Below, in pieces: positions 50,561 to 64,000 of a DNA stretch of 64,000 nucleotides. A model generated the notes under the pieces. That model saw nothing but the letters and a program-made list of their open reading frames with translations, was not told the DNA's origin and made no database searches. Origin of the DNA: Eledone cirrhosa (Eukaryota); contig OZ024740.1 in the NCBI GenBank assembly GCA_964016885.1, forward strand, positions 309,504,001-309,568,000, in the 5' to 3' direction. The position numbers and the translations under genes are program-made. Numbering within the stretch: the stretch's first letter is position 1; every line of letters starts with the position of its first letter.

Positions 50561-51294
50561 TGAGTTAAAAACTCACAATAGTTCCCTATAATTAAAATAA
50601 CTCAAGGAGATAAATGTTTTCCGAGCCTTATAATACAGTAAGAAGAGACGAACACAGATATATAACTATATGTGTTGAAATCGCAAGAGACTGAGACCGC
50701 CAGGGTAAAGAAAATGATAACTAAAATAGCATGGTTCACAGAACCCAATCAAAAGGATGAACGAACCTACCATGATAACTATCATGTACCCAGGCAGTTT
50801 ATGGGTAGAATTATTTTGCAAAATTGAGTGAGGAGAATTATTGGTCCATCGCTTTTGTTGAGCTTTAATAAATCGAATGGTCCTGGCTGCTATTTTTCTA
50901 GTAACCTTACGTTCTATTCGTTACGACATTATTTCCATGTGCTCTCTATTTTAACGCACATATTTTATTTAGTTTTCTACCAAACATAGTAGTGAAGTGA
51001 ATATTAATGTGGATACCCGTTGAGAAGCACGACCCCTATAATTCTCCGCACCGAAACTATCATCCTTTCCTATTAATTCTTCCCCTCAATTAATCCCACC
51101 ACCCTGATTATTCCCTTATATGTACTCTCACTACTATTGTATGTTTAGTGTTTGATGACTCTTTGAGAAGCAGGTGAACTTCTTGGGAAACAAGACTCAC
51201 TAATTAGTCTTGATAACAGTATTGAATATTCTTTTTTTTTTCGACAGTCGGATATATATATAAGCCAAAACTTCGATTTTACTAAACTTCCATT

Positions 51295-51344
<50 letters not shown>

Positions 51345-51346
<2 letters not shown>

Positions 51347-51490
51347 TTAAAATAACAGATTAAAGTTTAAGCATGCTTAAAATTTAATCTGTTATTTTAA
51401 TAAATATTTGCTCTACGGTTCTTATATATTTGATATATATTTATCCTTATTGAGCCCTCTTTGGATTTTAGTCTTCAAATTTATTATTAT

Positions 51491-51494
<4 letters not shown>
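51345..51494. mobile_element. Repeat family B, short fold-back copy
   Basis: aataacagattaaagtttaagc-at-gcttaaaatttaatctgttatt. Confidence 0.8.
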
Positions 51495-51574
<80 letters not shown>

Positions 51575-52036
51575 GCATATGTATATATATATGTATATAT
51601 ACATACTCACACATATATAATGCATGTATATTATAGATAGAGAGGAAAAGTGTTAGTGTGTATGTGTGTGTGTGTATGTACATAATGTACATACATATAT
51701 ACACATATATATACTTATTGTTATACTCGGGGAGGGTCATATTTGTGTAATATTGCCAGAATTAATAACAGAACACACTCACTGTTTGGTTGGTTTTCGC
51801 TTCTCGCTTCTGTGTCTTTTATATCGGTAATCTAACTTACTCGGTCCTCAATGTTGCCATTGACTGACCGACGGTCAAAAATAATACAGATACAATATAG
51901 ACACAAACACATATATATAGTTTATCATAAATCTTTCGTTGCACATCTGCAACATCGTCAGTGGTGCTATCTTTTCCTCCTGTTGTATTGTATGTCTACG
52001 CCATTTTTATTCAGTCTGTCTATATATTTATTTATT

Positions 52037-53395
52037 TCGCTCGTATGCAATAGGGGCTAGTATCAAAACTATCCTAAAGGGACCCATATTTAAGTTCAAC
52101 GAGAAGATCTACACCCAAAATGAGGGAGCAGCCATCGGCGTCAGCATAGCTGGTGATGTTGCCAACCTTTTCATGGTATGGTTGGAAAGGAGACTTAAAG
52201 ATCTCCTTAATGAGAGCTCCATAGACCTCATCATGTACTCTCGTTATGTAGACGATATCAATATAGTTATAAGAACACCCCCACTAGAGAGCACTAACAA
52301 GTTTGATTTAGAACGTAGAACGATGGAAAGCATCCAGCAGATAGCTAATTCCATACACCAGAGTATAACTGTAACTATCGACTTCCCTTCCAAACACCCT
52401 AACAATAGACTACCTGTATTAGACACAGAACTCTGGATTAACACTATAGACGAGAGAGCCCAAATTCTCCACTCACACTATGCTAAACCCATGGCCTCCA
52501 AATACCTGATACTAAAAAACTCAGCAATGTCCAGTAGTGCTAAGTTTAATATTCTGATCGTAGATTTGGTACGAGTGATGAAGAATGTGTCCCGCATGTG
52601 CGACCCAACAGAAATGGAAAGACACATCCAACACTTCATCAACCGCATGCAGTTCTCTGGCTACAACCAAAGAGACAGAGTCAGAGTATACGAAGGAGCC
52701 ATGGAGAAGTATAAGACCGTCATAGAACTGGACATGAAAGGAATTTGCCCATTATACAGGAGCAAATCATGGAATAGCTTAGATAGGACTAGACATAAGA
52801 TAGGGAAAGCCACCTCATGGTACGACAACCAGAGATACCAGAGTGTCATGTTTGTGGACGCTACTCCTGGAGGGAAATTAGCTAACCAGTGTAGAAAGGC
52901 CTTGAGAAAGACCCACTTAAAAATTAAGGTGGTAGAAAAGCCAGGAACCACCATAAAATCCCTGATCAGCAAAACCTACCCTTTTAAGAAAACCCATTTA
53001 AGAAATGTATCATATGTAAGGTAAACCCCCGGATAAACTGTAAAACTAGAAATGTAGTCTATAGCATAAGATGTACAGAGGGTACTTGCAGAAACATGAC
53101 AACAACATACATAGGTGAGACAGCTCGTAGCATAGGTGAAAGGATAGACCAACACTGGGGGGAACTAAAAGGACGAAAAAACGGGTCAGTACTATACGAA
53201 CATGCTAGACAACAACATGACGGTAACATAGACAACATAGAAATTAGAATAATATCTAAACATAGAAATGACCCAGCAGATAGGCAAATCATAGAGGCCA
53301 GTGAAATAGAAATTAGAAGACCAAGACTAAACAGAAAGAATGAATGGAATAACAACAACACCCAAACAAATAACACTGACCTAAGAGAAGTATAA
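52037..53395 (+). pseudogene. Penelope-like RT (partial) plus GIY-YIG endonuclease, one frameshift near 52990
   Basis: FKFNEKIYTQNEGAAIG, RYVDDI, LPVLD. The second frame reads CIIC..CKTRNVVYSIRCTEGTC..YIGETARSIGERIDQH..EASEI..LNRKNEW. Confidence 0.92.
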
Positions 53396-53642
53396 ATAAG
53401 TAAATAAAATAAAATAAATAAATAAATAAATAAATAAATACACACACAAGCACAATAACAACAAGCACATAAACACACACTAGTCACCCATCACACAGCA
53501 AACAAAACACTATACACACATGCAAACGCATGCGCAAAGAAGACAAAATAAAATAAACAAACAAGCAAATAAATAAATAAATATATAGACAGACTGAATA
53601 AAAATGGCGTAGACATACAATACAACAGGAGGAAAAGATAGC

Positions 53643-53684
53643 ACCACTGACGATGTTGCAGATGTGCAACGAAAGATTTATGAT
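53643..53684 (+). ncRNA. Hammerhead core in the Penelope pLTR (mirror copy at 51924-51965, minus strand)
   Basis: acca-CTGACGA-t gttgca gatg tgcaac-GAAA-GATT-TA-tgat. Stem II is good; stems I and III are imperfect. Confidence 0.6.
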
Positions 53685-53971
53685 AAACTATATATATATG
53701 TTTGTGTCTATATTGTATCTGTATTATTTTTGACCGTCGGTCAGTCAATGGCAACATTGAGGACCGAGTAAGTTAGATTACCGATATAAAAGACACAGAA
53801 GCGAGAAGCGAAAACCAGCCAAACAGTGAGTGTGTTCTGTTATTAATTCTGGCAATACTACACAAATATGACCCTCCCCAAGTATAACAATATTTGTTTC
53901 GACACACGATTTCATATAAAAAACCTCGCAAAACTATATACTTATTTATAAATAGAAAGATAGATGCAGAG

Positions 53972-54053
<82 letters not shown>

Positions 54054-55100
54054 AGATGGTGATGTTTTGTTAAATAATTTATTGGATATAATACATGAAC
54101 TTTCTTAAAGAATTAGGATCGATATGGAAGAATATATAAAATCAGTTTTTCGTTGTATTGATTTAATATTTACCAGTGCATGAGATGTGTTATTTTAAAA
54201 CTTGATTTGAATTGTAAGAAAATATTGAAAATTAAAACTTGTCCAGGAACATTACAAAAATCACATATGAATGTTTTGGTATGAACATTTCAGGTTACGA
54301 AAATAAAATGAAAGATTGTTTAAAACTTTTAAGTTTACTTTACAAAACTTCATTGAAGGCATGCTATTATTTGCTTCACAAATATAACCAAAATAAAAAT
54401 ATCAATTAACGATATTAAATAAATAATAATAAAAAGATCAGTCGGAATGCAAATATAAAATACTTAAGAGAAACAACATCATTATTGATTTGAGGTAAAT
54501 CGAATTTCTTCAAGAGGAATGTTTGTATAGAATAGAAAAACAAACGCTGTTATCAAACTACCCACGAGGTAGGAAATCTTGAATGGTGATTTTATGTTTG
54601 TTTTCAATAATTGCATAAAAATACTATGTGTCCACAAAACTGAAGACATACCCAGCAAGGAACATCGTCTCCATTGGATGTATAATAATCAACTGTAAAC
54701 GCCTATGGGTGTGAATTGATTTTTATCTCATTTACAACTCACCTGGTCCTTTTGCGTTTATAGTATTCAGATTAGGCATTCTGTCTTCGCACTTCGGAGA
54801 ACTGTCTCCCTTCTTCCCATCAACCTCAGAGGCCTTGGAAAATGTCATGAACCATGGATTTCCTACCTTATCGAAGAAGTGGAAAACAATCGGCAAACAC
54901 ATATACATGTTCCAAGTATCTATTCCCACATATCCAGTGGTCGATACAATCGACTGCATGTTAATATAAGTATTCTAGTCCTGGACGTTAATTCACTTGT
55001 CTGTGTAGTGCAATGGCATTTCTCATCTGCATAAATTAGATTGACCATGCACAAAGATGTACATGACGACACCATTAAAAACTTTATATTTGCACACGAT

Positions 55101-56066
55101 ATCAAAGATTTCCAACGTTGAACTTGATCATCAAAACGCTATAAAAGAGTTAGAACCAGGGGAGGTTACAAATACTTGGGGTTTATGAAGGTGGTGTAAT
55201 TAAAGACTTATCGATGTGTGCAAGGGCAATTTTCAAGTCAGAGTTAAACACAAGAAAGAGGTCTAAAGCAGACATAGAACGACTTTACTTACTATGAAAT
55301 GAAGGAAGCCGTGAATTGTCACAACTTGAATAGTCGCTGAAAATGTCCATGATTGGCTTAAACCTTTATCCGTAAAACTATGATGACTGGTCGTATTCCT
55401 CGCAAGCTGTGTGACATATTGATTGATTGATAATATAAAATCCATACATGACATTGGTACGATGGAAAACTTCTCTGCTAAAACTTCCCGCATAGTGCTA
55501 TACTAAAAGTCTACTAGGTTCTTCAACGACAAAAATTTTTTCAAAATCAATCTGAAACATTTTTGCAGAAGAATAGAGAAACAACATTTACAGTAAAGTT
55601 TTGTCCATCAAAAGAAGAATTGGTCGTTTTTTAAAACTGAAAAAAAAAACAGTACAAAATTATATTCAGGATATAACAGAATAGACAAGAATATTCTTTT
55701 ATTAATTTCAAATACAGTAATCTCAGAATTATATGAACTAAGAACTAGTTGAGAAAAAGCTAAACATACGAAAACCCTTACTAAAAATGCAGTCTTAAAT
55801 AATCTTACCTGCAAATAGCAATAAAAAAACATTTCAGGGTAAATATCCAGAGAGAGCCAACATGCTTATGTTGGCAAAACACTTGCCCGTTAGTGGTTAG
55901 TGTCCTCTGGCTTCAAATCAGAGATAGAAGGGTTTTTCGTTGCAGCAACAGATCAATCCCTCCCTACAAGAAGCTATCACACTCACATTAAAGAACGACA
56001 ACATCCCAACATATAAAGTATGTAAACAACAGCGCCAGAAACTATCGATGATGCTGTCTCCATGCG
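55101..56066 (+). repeat. Inverted duplicate of a Dong/R4-like segment (59392-60384)
   Basis: Near-identical reverse complement; the shadow ORFs 55608..55832 and 59624..59824 also match. Confidence 0.9.
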
Positions 56067-56717
56067 ATAACAGCGATAACAAATTCTGAAATATTTGATT
56101 CTTTGCAGGCCAATTGTATAATAAAGAAAAGAATATTTTATCCGTATTCGATGTGACATATCTAATGCCAAATTTTGCTAGACTTTGAGGCCCTACAATC
56201 TCAACTTTACATATCAATGACTAGAATTTGTCTTAATACTTCGAGCCAATGTAAAACGAATTAGATTGACAGAATAACTAATTGTCTATATGGTACATGA
56301 TGAGGTAGAATGACCAAACTTGAAATGGCATAACAAAAATTAGAAACTAGTGAAGACGTAGTTGATTGTCTGACAAACAATCACATCCACAAGAGTATAT
56401 CATAATAGTACTATATTGCATTGAATTACTATAGAGATTGTTGGGCGTAAAACAAAATAAATGATGTCGAGCAGTAACACAAGCCAACATTATTCCATGC
56501 TGGAGACAGACATGAATATAAAGGTTTAGAAACGTCGATGAAATGTTTGTGAATTTTAGTTTTCCGAACAGGTGGCAAGGCATGTCATAGGAAAATGTAC
56601 ATCTGCGGGTGTCTTTATGTTGCAGAAAGATAGCATGTTCAATACATACATGCAATACTATAGGATATTATACACCAAATACACACACCACACACACAGG
56701 CATACACTCACATACAT

Positions 56718-56758
<41 letters not shown>

Positions 56759-56841
56759 CATATAAACATATGAATGTATATATATATATTTACATATATT
56801 TATATTTATATACACACATATACATATGTATGAATATACAG

Positions 56842-56875
<34 letters not shown>

Positions 56876-57015
56876 TAAGTGTATATATATATATATATTA
56901 ATAAGAGGAATTCCAACTTTGTCTGATTTACTCGTTTTATTTACAATCCTTTAAAATATATATAATGGTATTATAATGAAATAGTATGATAGAATATTAA
57001 ATTCTAAGTGTTAAT

Positions 57016-57054
57016 TGAACAAGTACTTTCATGCTTTCGCAATCTTCAGGTTCA
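57016..57054 (-). ncRNA. Minimal type I hammerhead ribozyme between inverted arms (56895-56963 / 57093-57161)
   Basis: Minus strand: tgaac-CTGAAGA-t tgc gaaa gca t-GAAA-GTAC-TT-gttca. Confidence 0.85.
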
Positions 57055-57201
57055 TGATATGTGGTGACAATCGAGTTTGCAATTTTCACAGTATATATAT
57101 TTTAAAGGATTGTAAATAAAACGAGTAAATCAGACAAAGTTGAAATTCCTCTTATTAATATAATCTTCTATACACAATCATACACACCCGTGTATATTTA
57201 C

Positions 57202-57306
<105 letters not shown>

Positions 57307-57358
57307 CATACTCGATAACGAGGGGGAAACCATCATATATATATATATATATATATAT

Positions 57359-57456
57359 AACGAAGGAGTTGTGATAAGGAACCAGATGGACCATAACGCA
57401 CAAGAGTACTCAATACTCGAAACGGCTTGAGCTCTGCCGTCGGGATCATACATTTT

Positions 57457-57459
<3 letters not shown>
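57359..57459. mobile_element. Repeat family A, rearranged copy
   Basis: Inverted tail joined to tcgaaacggcttgagctctgccgtcggg. Confidence 0.75.
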
Positions 57460-57513
<54 letters not shown>

Positions 57514-57608
57514 ATACACGCACACACATATATATATGTATACATATATACACTTACACACACACATATATATATATGTATATATATACGTATATACATA
57601 CATTCACG

Positions 57609-57704
<96 letters not shown>

Positions 57705-57721
57705 TATACACACACACACAC

Positions 57722-57752
<31 letters not shown>

Positions 57753-58122
57753 TACATATGTACATACATTCACATATACACATATATTCTCTTTTTGCAT
57801 GCATGTCTTCGTGTCTTCGTGCATGTTATAACATATACGTGCTAATGATTACTGTTCCAATGTCACATTCGTTTGATAATAACGTAGTTATTGCCTTCAT
57901 CAAGTCTATGTCAGGAATACATTTGCTATTGGATATGTTTCATTGGTGACGATTCAGCTAGCTAATTTCCATACGCTACTCAATTTCCTATTGCTAGAAC
58001 TTCTCACGCAACGTTTTTAAGCTTCTCCACATCTGACTTTATCGAATTACACGCATTAATGATACTCTTGTATCATCCAACATTGGTTCTTGGCGAGTGA
58101 TATATTCTGAAACAATCGATTG

Positions 58123-58502
<380 letters not shown>

Positions 58503-58899
58503 CGACATTAATTTTCGGATGTTTGGATTTTACTTTCCGTTTCTACGAGCTGAGACCAGGTCTCACCCAGAGACTTCAACTTCAAGATCACCCAGAGACT
58601 TCAAGAGACAGCAAGTTATAAGTTCAAACGGGCATAATTCTCATGGTTTAGGTGTGGAATGTAGTTCGGTGACAGGGACTTGTGTTTTAATTGCGTGCTT
58701 TGTGTTTGAATAAGTATAGTGTTCAACATAATGTCAAAATATAAGACAATTAACGCTTATATAAGAGTAGTTTATGGTGTTTGATTGTGGTAATAAATTA
58801 ACGATAAAAGGTATGTGTTATGTATTTTTAACATTGCTTCTGATGATTATGTGAAAAAACGATTGTTTTGGAGTTACAGAGACAATATTCTTCGTATAT

Positions 58900-61620
58900 G
58901 AGTAGGCCGCATGAGTACTATTTTCTGAATGTCTTCTATTTCGGGATTTCTTGGCATTTCAGATAGATAATAATCTGCCCCTTGTTATTATTATTCCTAA
59001 GGTGTCTACAACAACGAGTATTGTTCTAGTGTTGAGTTTCCACATTTTGCCAATTTCTATCTCAAGATCTTTCTATTTGCTCGATTTTTGGTAGGTCTTG
59101 ACAGATTCATTTATATCGATTGGGACAGTAATATCAATTAATATCAATGGAGAGGCATGATTTTTGTTTGAAACACTTCAATAAAATGTTTGGCTTCTTG
59201 GCATTTATCACTCTGTCAGTTTGAACAGAAAAATCTATAGGAGTGAGATATAATCTTTTTCAAGCACCAGAAGGGGTTAGTGTTCCCACCAATTTTTATA
59301 ATAGAGCAGCTCCAGATCCTTACAAATTCCCCAGATATACTCTACAGCTCTATCATGCCTATTGAGATAATCCGATGGTGCAATAATGCTACGCATGGAG
59401 ACAGCATCAGCGATAGGTTTTGACTGTTGTTTACATACTTTATATGTTGGGATGTTGTCGTTCTTTAATGTGAGTGTGATAGCTTCTTGTAGGGAGGGAT
59501 TGATCTTTTGCTGCAGCGAAAAACCCTTCTATCTCTGATTTGAAGCCAGAGGACACTAACCACTAACGGGCAAGTGTTTTGCCAACATAAGCATGTTGGC
59601 TCTCTCTGGATATTTACCCTGAAATGTTTTTTTATTGCCATTTGCAGGTAAGATTATTTAAGACTGCATTTTTAGTAAGGGTTTTCGTATGTTTAGCTTT
59701 TTCTCAACTAGTTCTTAGTTCATATAATTCTGAGATTACTGTATTTGAAATTAATAAAAGAATATTCTTGTCTATTCTGTTATATCCTGAATATAATTTT
59801 GTACTGTTTTTTTTTCAGTTTTAAAAAACAACCAATTCTTCTTTTGATGGACCAAACTTTATTGTAAATGTTGTTTCTCTATTCTTCTGTAAGAATGTTT
59901 CGGATTGATTTTAAACAAATTTTTGTCGTTGAAGAACCTAGTAGACTTTTAGTATAGCACTATGCGGGAAGTTTTAGCAGAGAAGTTTTTCTTGATTGGC
60001 TGTTTAGTCGTACCAATGTCATGTATGGATTTTATATTATCAATCAATCAATATGTCACACAGCTTGCGAGGAATACGACCAGTCATCATAGTTTTACGG
60101 ATAAAGGTTTAAGCCAATCATGGAAATTTTCAGTGACTATTCAAGTTGTGACAATTCACGGCTTCCTTCATTTCATAGTAAGTAAAGTCGTTCTATGTCT
60201 GCTTTAGACCTCTTTCTTGTGTTTAACTCTGACTTGAAAATTGCCCTTGCATATAGATATTTACCTTCATCGATGAGTGTTTAATTACACCACCGCCATA
60301 CATCCCAAGTATTTGTAACCTCCCCTGGTTCTAACTCTTTTATAGCGTTTTGTTGATCAAGTTCAACGTTGGAAATCTTTGATAGTTTCCCTCTGATGAA
60401 GTTAGCTTTTTCGCATTGATCAAGGCCAAATTCCATCCAAATGTCGTCACTAATCTGTTTTACAACTGTTTTACATCCGTGTAAAACATTGACTTGTATT
60501 TTCCACATAATTTTATAGTCATATTGTGTTTCACAGAGTAATATGGATAGAGGCATCAGTACTAAACGAAAGAGAATAACCCCGAAAAGCACCGCATGAG
60601 ATTTCAACATCCCCCGCATTCACAAATTTATTCTCGTTATTTACAATCAGTGTAGTTTTCCATGCTCTCATACTAACAGATAGAAAGTTTTTTAAAGTAG
60701 GCGATATTTTATGAGTTTCCAAGCATTTCCCGATAAATCTATGTTGTTAGCTGTGAAATACCTTTATTTTTATATTCTATCCAATCTAATTTCTTGCACT
60801 GTTTGTGACATCTTTCCAAATCCTATTATTAATGAGAAACTGATATATACAACCATAAGGCCCATATTTGCAGCTATTTTTCTCAATGGAGAAGATGCCA
60901 TCTTTTGTTATACATGTAATCAGTGAAAACAGATGTCAATATCCTATACGTAGTTGTTAAACAGATTATAGGTCTATAGATTTTTGGTTCATTTTTTTCA
61001 TTCTGCCTAATATTGTTATAGAGTCTTGTCAGAATTCCGCAGCTTTTTTGAGAATGTATTCAACTAAGAATTAATAATTTTATCCGTTCCTGGAGATTGT
61101 TGCAAATAAATCTTATATCCAGTGCTTTGATATCCTCCCACGTTTGCTTTTCCAAATGGGTTCAGTCAGTAGATAGTCTATCAATCTAAGGGATATTTTT
61201 ACTGTAATTTCTTCTGCCCAAAGTGTATTAAAAAATTCCAGCAATTCTTCTTTTGATGGACCAGAATTTACTGTAAATGATGTTTCCCTATTCTTCTGCA
61301 AAAATGTTTCGGATTGATTTTGAACATGTTTTTGTCGTTGAAGAACCTAGTACACTTTTCGTATCGCACTATGCGAGAAGTTTTAACAGAGAAGTTTTCC
61401 TTAATAGGCTGTTTAGTCGTATCAATGTCATGTATGGATTTTATATTATCAATCAATCAATATGTCACACAGCTTGCGGGGATTCTGATTCTATTATTTA
61501 TCATATTCGGCAGGTCAGAAGGATTGCAGTTTATGTCATCAAACATCTGCTTGACATAGCTATTGGCTTGGCCTACTCTGCAATGAAGGCTCCCACAAAA
61601 GAACTTCACTAACAATTTCT
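58900..61620 (-). mobile_element. Decayed, internally rearranged Dong/R4-like LINE
   Basis: Minus-strand remnants YRPIICLTT, MEFGLDQC, SEIEGFF, DLEIEIGKMW. An internal direct repeat links 59830-60070 with 61243-61478. Confidence 0.8.
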
Positions 61621-61639
61621 TTAGCTTTTTCGAAACGCC

Positions 61640-62860
61640 CTATGAATCAGAATCTACGCTCTTTGATGATGTCTGGTACAGGACGAAGATTCACATACAG
61701 TCACTCATTCGTCAGACGACCTCTCCCAGTGACATTCAAAGCCACTCTTAGTGAGTGTAGGCTCTATTCAATCTTCTTTCCAGGGTTGCCGTAAGGGTTT
61801 AAGCTAAGCAGTCATACAATAGAACAGAGGCAACGGTTGTTTGAAAGAGGCTCCTTTTCATATTGTCTGGAATTCAGTTTTGTCGGAGTTAGCATGGAGA
61901 CTAATACATTTGGCTGAATGCTGAAGACTATGGAGAAGGGTTACTGCTCGGTTTATTCGATCGGATAGTAGCACTAAATCATCAGCCTAATCTACATCTG
62001 TGATGTAGTGTGAATCCATTGTCTTCAATGGTATTCACAGAAGTTTCGAGAACATAAGTCATGCAAATGATGAAGATATAGGTTGTTAAAGTGTCAACTT
62101 GTAGCACTCTTGCAATGATTTCAAAGAAATCTGTATCACCATCGTATGACTGAAAGTGTTTTTGTAGACCATCATAATCGCTTTTACTGTTTCATTTGGT
62201 ATACCATAGGCTAGTAGTACTTCCTCCATTTTACCTCTCCGAATCGAATCTAATGCTTTGGAGAAATCAACAAATAACAGAACAGCATTTATAATCTTAG
62301 CTTTCACACCCTCAAGAATTCTGCGAACGGTTACGATTTGCCCGTTAGTTGATCGCCTTTTCGAAAGCCATTTTGATACTTTCTCAATATTTTTTCGATT
62401 TCCAGACGTAAGCGTTTAAGGAGCAAAGGGTTATTAAATTTTGCAGCTATTGCTATAAATGTTATTCCTCTGAAGATTTTGTCACATCAAATCTTTTGTA
62501 CAATTCCTACACCTCCAATCGTGGAATTGATTGAATTCTCCCATGCTGAGGCTGAAACCATGGTCCATCTTTACCACAATGTTGATAGTTGAGATCAGGA
62601 TGTTCATGATATATGTGATGCTTTTGAATACAGATAATATCAATGGTTTGAGGGGCTGCAAGTGATGCGTTCAGATAGATGATGTAAATTGCTGAGAGTT
62701 CGAACATTAAAATTGCAAACATCGACTGCTTGTTTGCATTTAAGAAGATTTTGCGTTGACTCTGTAACTGTTATTTCAGACACCATATCAGGACCTCAGC
62801 AGAACACGCTCCTTGCTTTCCCGCGCGACGAGCGATGCAGTATGAATCGGGAACTTCAGT
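61640..62860 (-). mobile_element. Decayed RTE-clade (RTE-X-like) LINE
   Basis: LFVDFSKALDSIRRGKMEEVLLAYGIP (RT) and IDIICIQKH (APE remnant). Confidence 0.8.
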
Positions 62861-63297
62861 CATAATGAATAATTCGCTATGTTATATTTTCTCTTTCATT
62901 TTCATATTTTAGATAGCTTGCTATTCTTTTCAAACTTAAAGATTTTAAACATTGTAGATTAAAGTAAATTAATTTGTTGATTAAATTGTCCTTGGCACGC
63001 AGGCATTTTATGGAGATGGTTTCGTTATTAACTTTTTCACAATATAAGTTCGTTGAAATCTTCATAGGAGCATTATTAGGTTGTTCAGTTCTGTAACATT
63101 AACATCAATAGCTGCAATTATGCCTTTAAGAACAATGAAAGTCTTACCAGTTACCTTTAATTTTAGCTTTAGTAAATATTTGGAAGTGTGTCACGTTCAT
63201 TTATACTGGTTCCCATAGCCTTCAGCCATTCAATCATGATTTGATTGTTCTGATCAGTTAGTTCAGCTGGGTCGAAATCATCATTATTATTATTGTT

Positions 63298-63483
63298 TGG
63301 CGGTATCGGTAGAGGGTCGGACGCCATGCTTTGACGCATATAGTTACAGCCCTTGCCATTCTGAGTTCAAATCCCGCCGAGGTTAGCTTTGCCTTTCATC
63401 CTTACGGGGTCGATAAAATAAAGTACCAGTAATACACTGGGTAATTTGTTGGCTTTGGGCCAAATGTAGAAACAATTATTATT
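63298..63483 (+). mobile_element. tRNA-derived SINE
   Basis: Same family as 7167. Confidence 0.92.
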
Positions 63484-63642
63484 GTTTTTGCCCCTTCAGT
63501 ATTGTTTCTGATATATGCCGAGTGTCTTCCTGACACCTAGGGCAAATAAATTCCCTGCATACATTGGTAAGCCAGTTAAGACACTACATTGATCATAATT
63601 TACAGCTTGTAAAATAAAAAATAAAAATATATACATACACAT

Positions 63643-63684
<42 letters not shown>

Positions 63685-63688
<4 letters not shown>

Positions 63689-64000
63689 CAAGTAAGTATG
63701 TTTTGAAACAGTGAGCAGGTTTGAAATTAGAAAATAGAATAGCTTTCACCGTATTTTTGACTAAAGAAATTTTAGCCTGATAATGGAGTTTAGAATCCTC
63801 AGATAAATGGAAAAAAAAGATGAGTATTGTCGTACATGGGAGTCGAACCCACATCTTTGGTTATCCAGACCACTGTGCTACCATTACACCAACACATCAC
63901 CCATCGCCTTCCATTCAAATTAGAGCTACATTCTTAGCGAGTATAAATGACAAGTAAGTATGTTTTGAAACAGTGAGCAGGTTTGAAATTAGAAAATAGA
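63685..64000. mobile_element. Repeat family C, tandem unit with a 262-bp period, runs off the window end
   Basis: atgacaagtaagtatgttttgaaacagtgagcaggtttgaaattagaaaataga at 63685 and 63947. Confidence 0.85.
63831..63898 (-). other. tRNA-like sequence (Pol III A/B boxes) inside family C; not a convincing tRNA gene
   Basis: Minus strand: TTGGTGTAATGGTAGCAC D-arm, tggt-ctggata-acca anticodon arm, tgGGTTCGACTCCca T-arm. The acceptor stem pairs poorly. Confidence 0.7.

Larger units (their letters stand above)
51717..53891 (+). mobile_element. 5'-truncated Penelope-like element with inverted pLTR
   Basis: 51717-52036 is the reverse complement of about 53572-53891, enclosing RT and GIY-YIG coding sequence. 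Confidence 0.92.

Noticed and set aside
51145-51203. Possible decayed hammerhead (TTGATGA...GAAACAAGAC)
   Set aside because: Core, triplet and stem bases are all imperfect, so it is too degenerate to call.
63831-63898. Functional tRNA-Ser(GGA) gene
   Set aside because: Poor acceptor stem, no long variable arm, an anticodon atypical for eukaryotes, and a location inside a repeat.

Overview
This is AT-rich, microsatellite-dense eukaryotic DNA with no host gene I can recognise. The SINE content resembles octopod/cephalopod genomes, but that is an inference. The window is essentially a field of mobile elements. It holds five Tx1/L1-clade LINE copies, including one near-full-length disrupted copy nested among (ATT)n tails; two decayed Dong/R4-like LINEs; RTE-like LINE remnants; nine copies of one tRNA-derived SINE; a head-to-tail pair of non-autonomous Helitrons; and a 5'-truncated Penelope-like element (RT plus GIY-YIG) with inverted pLTRs. 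The most interesting signal is invisible to the ORF track. About ten minimal type I hammerhead-ribozyme folds, some canonical and some with core variants, sit in short non-coding tandem or fold-back elements inserted in (TA)n tracts, and two homologous copies show compensatory stem changes. All structures were read and folded by eye, boundaries are approximate, and no activity is shown. Most ORFs in the six-frame track are microsatellite translations or antisense shadows.
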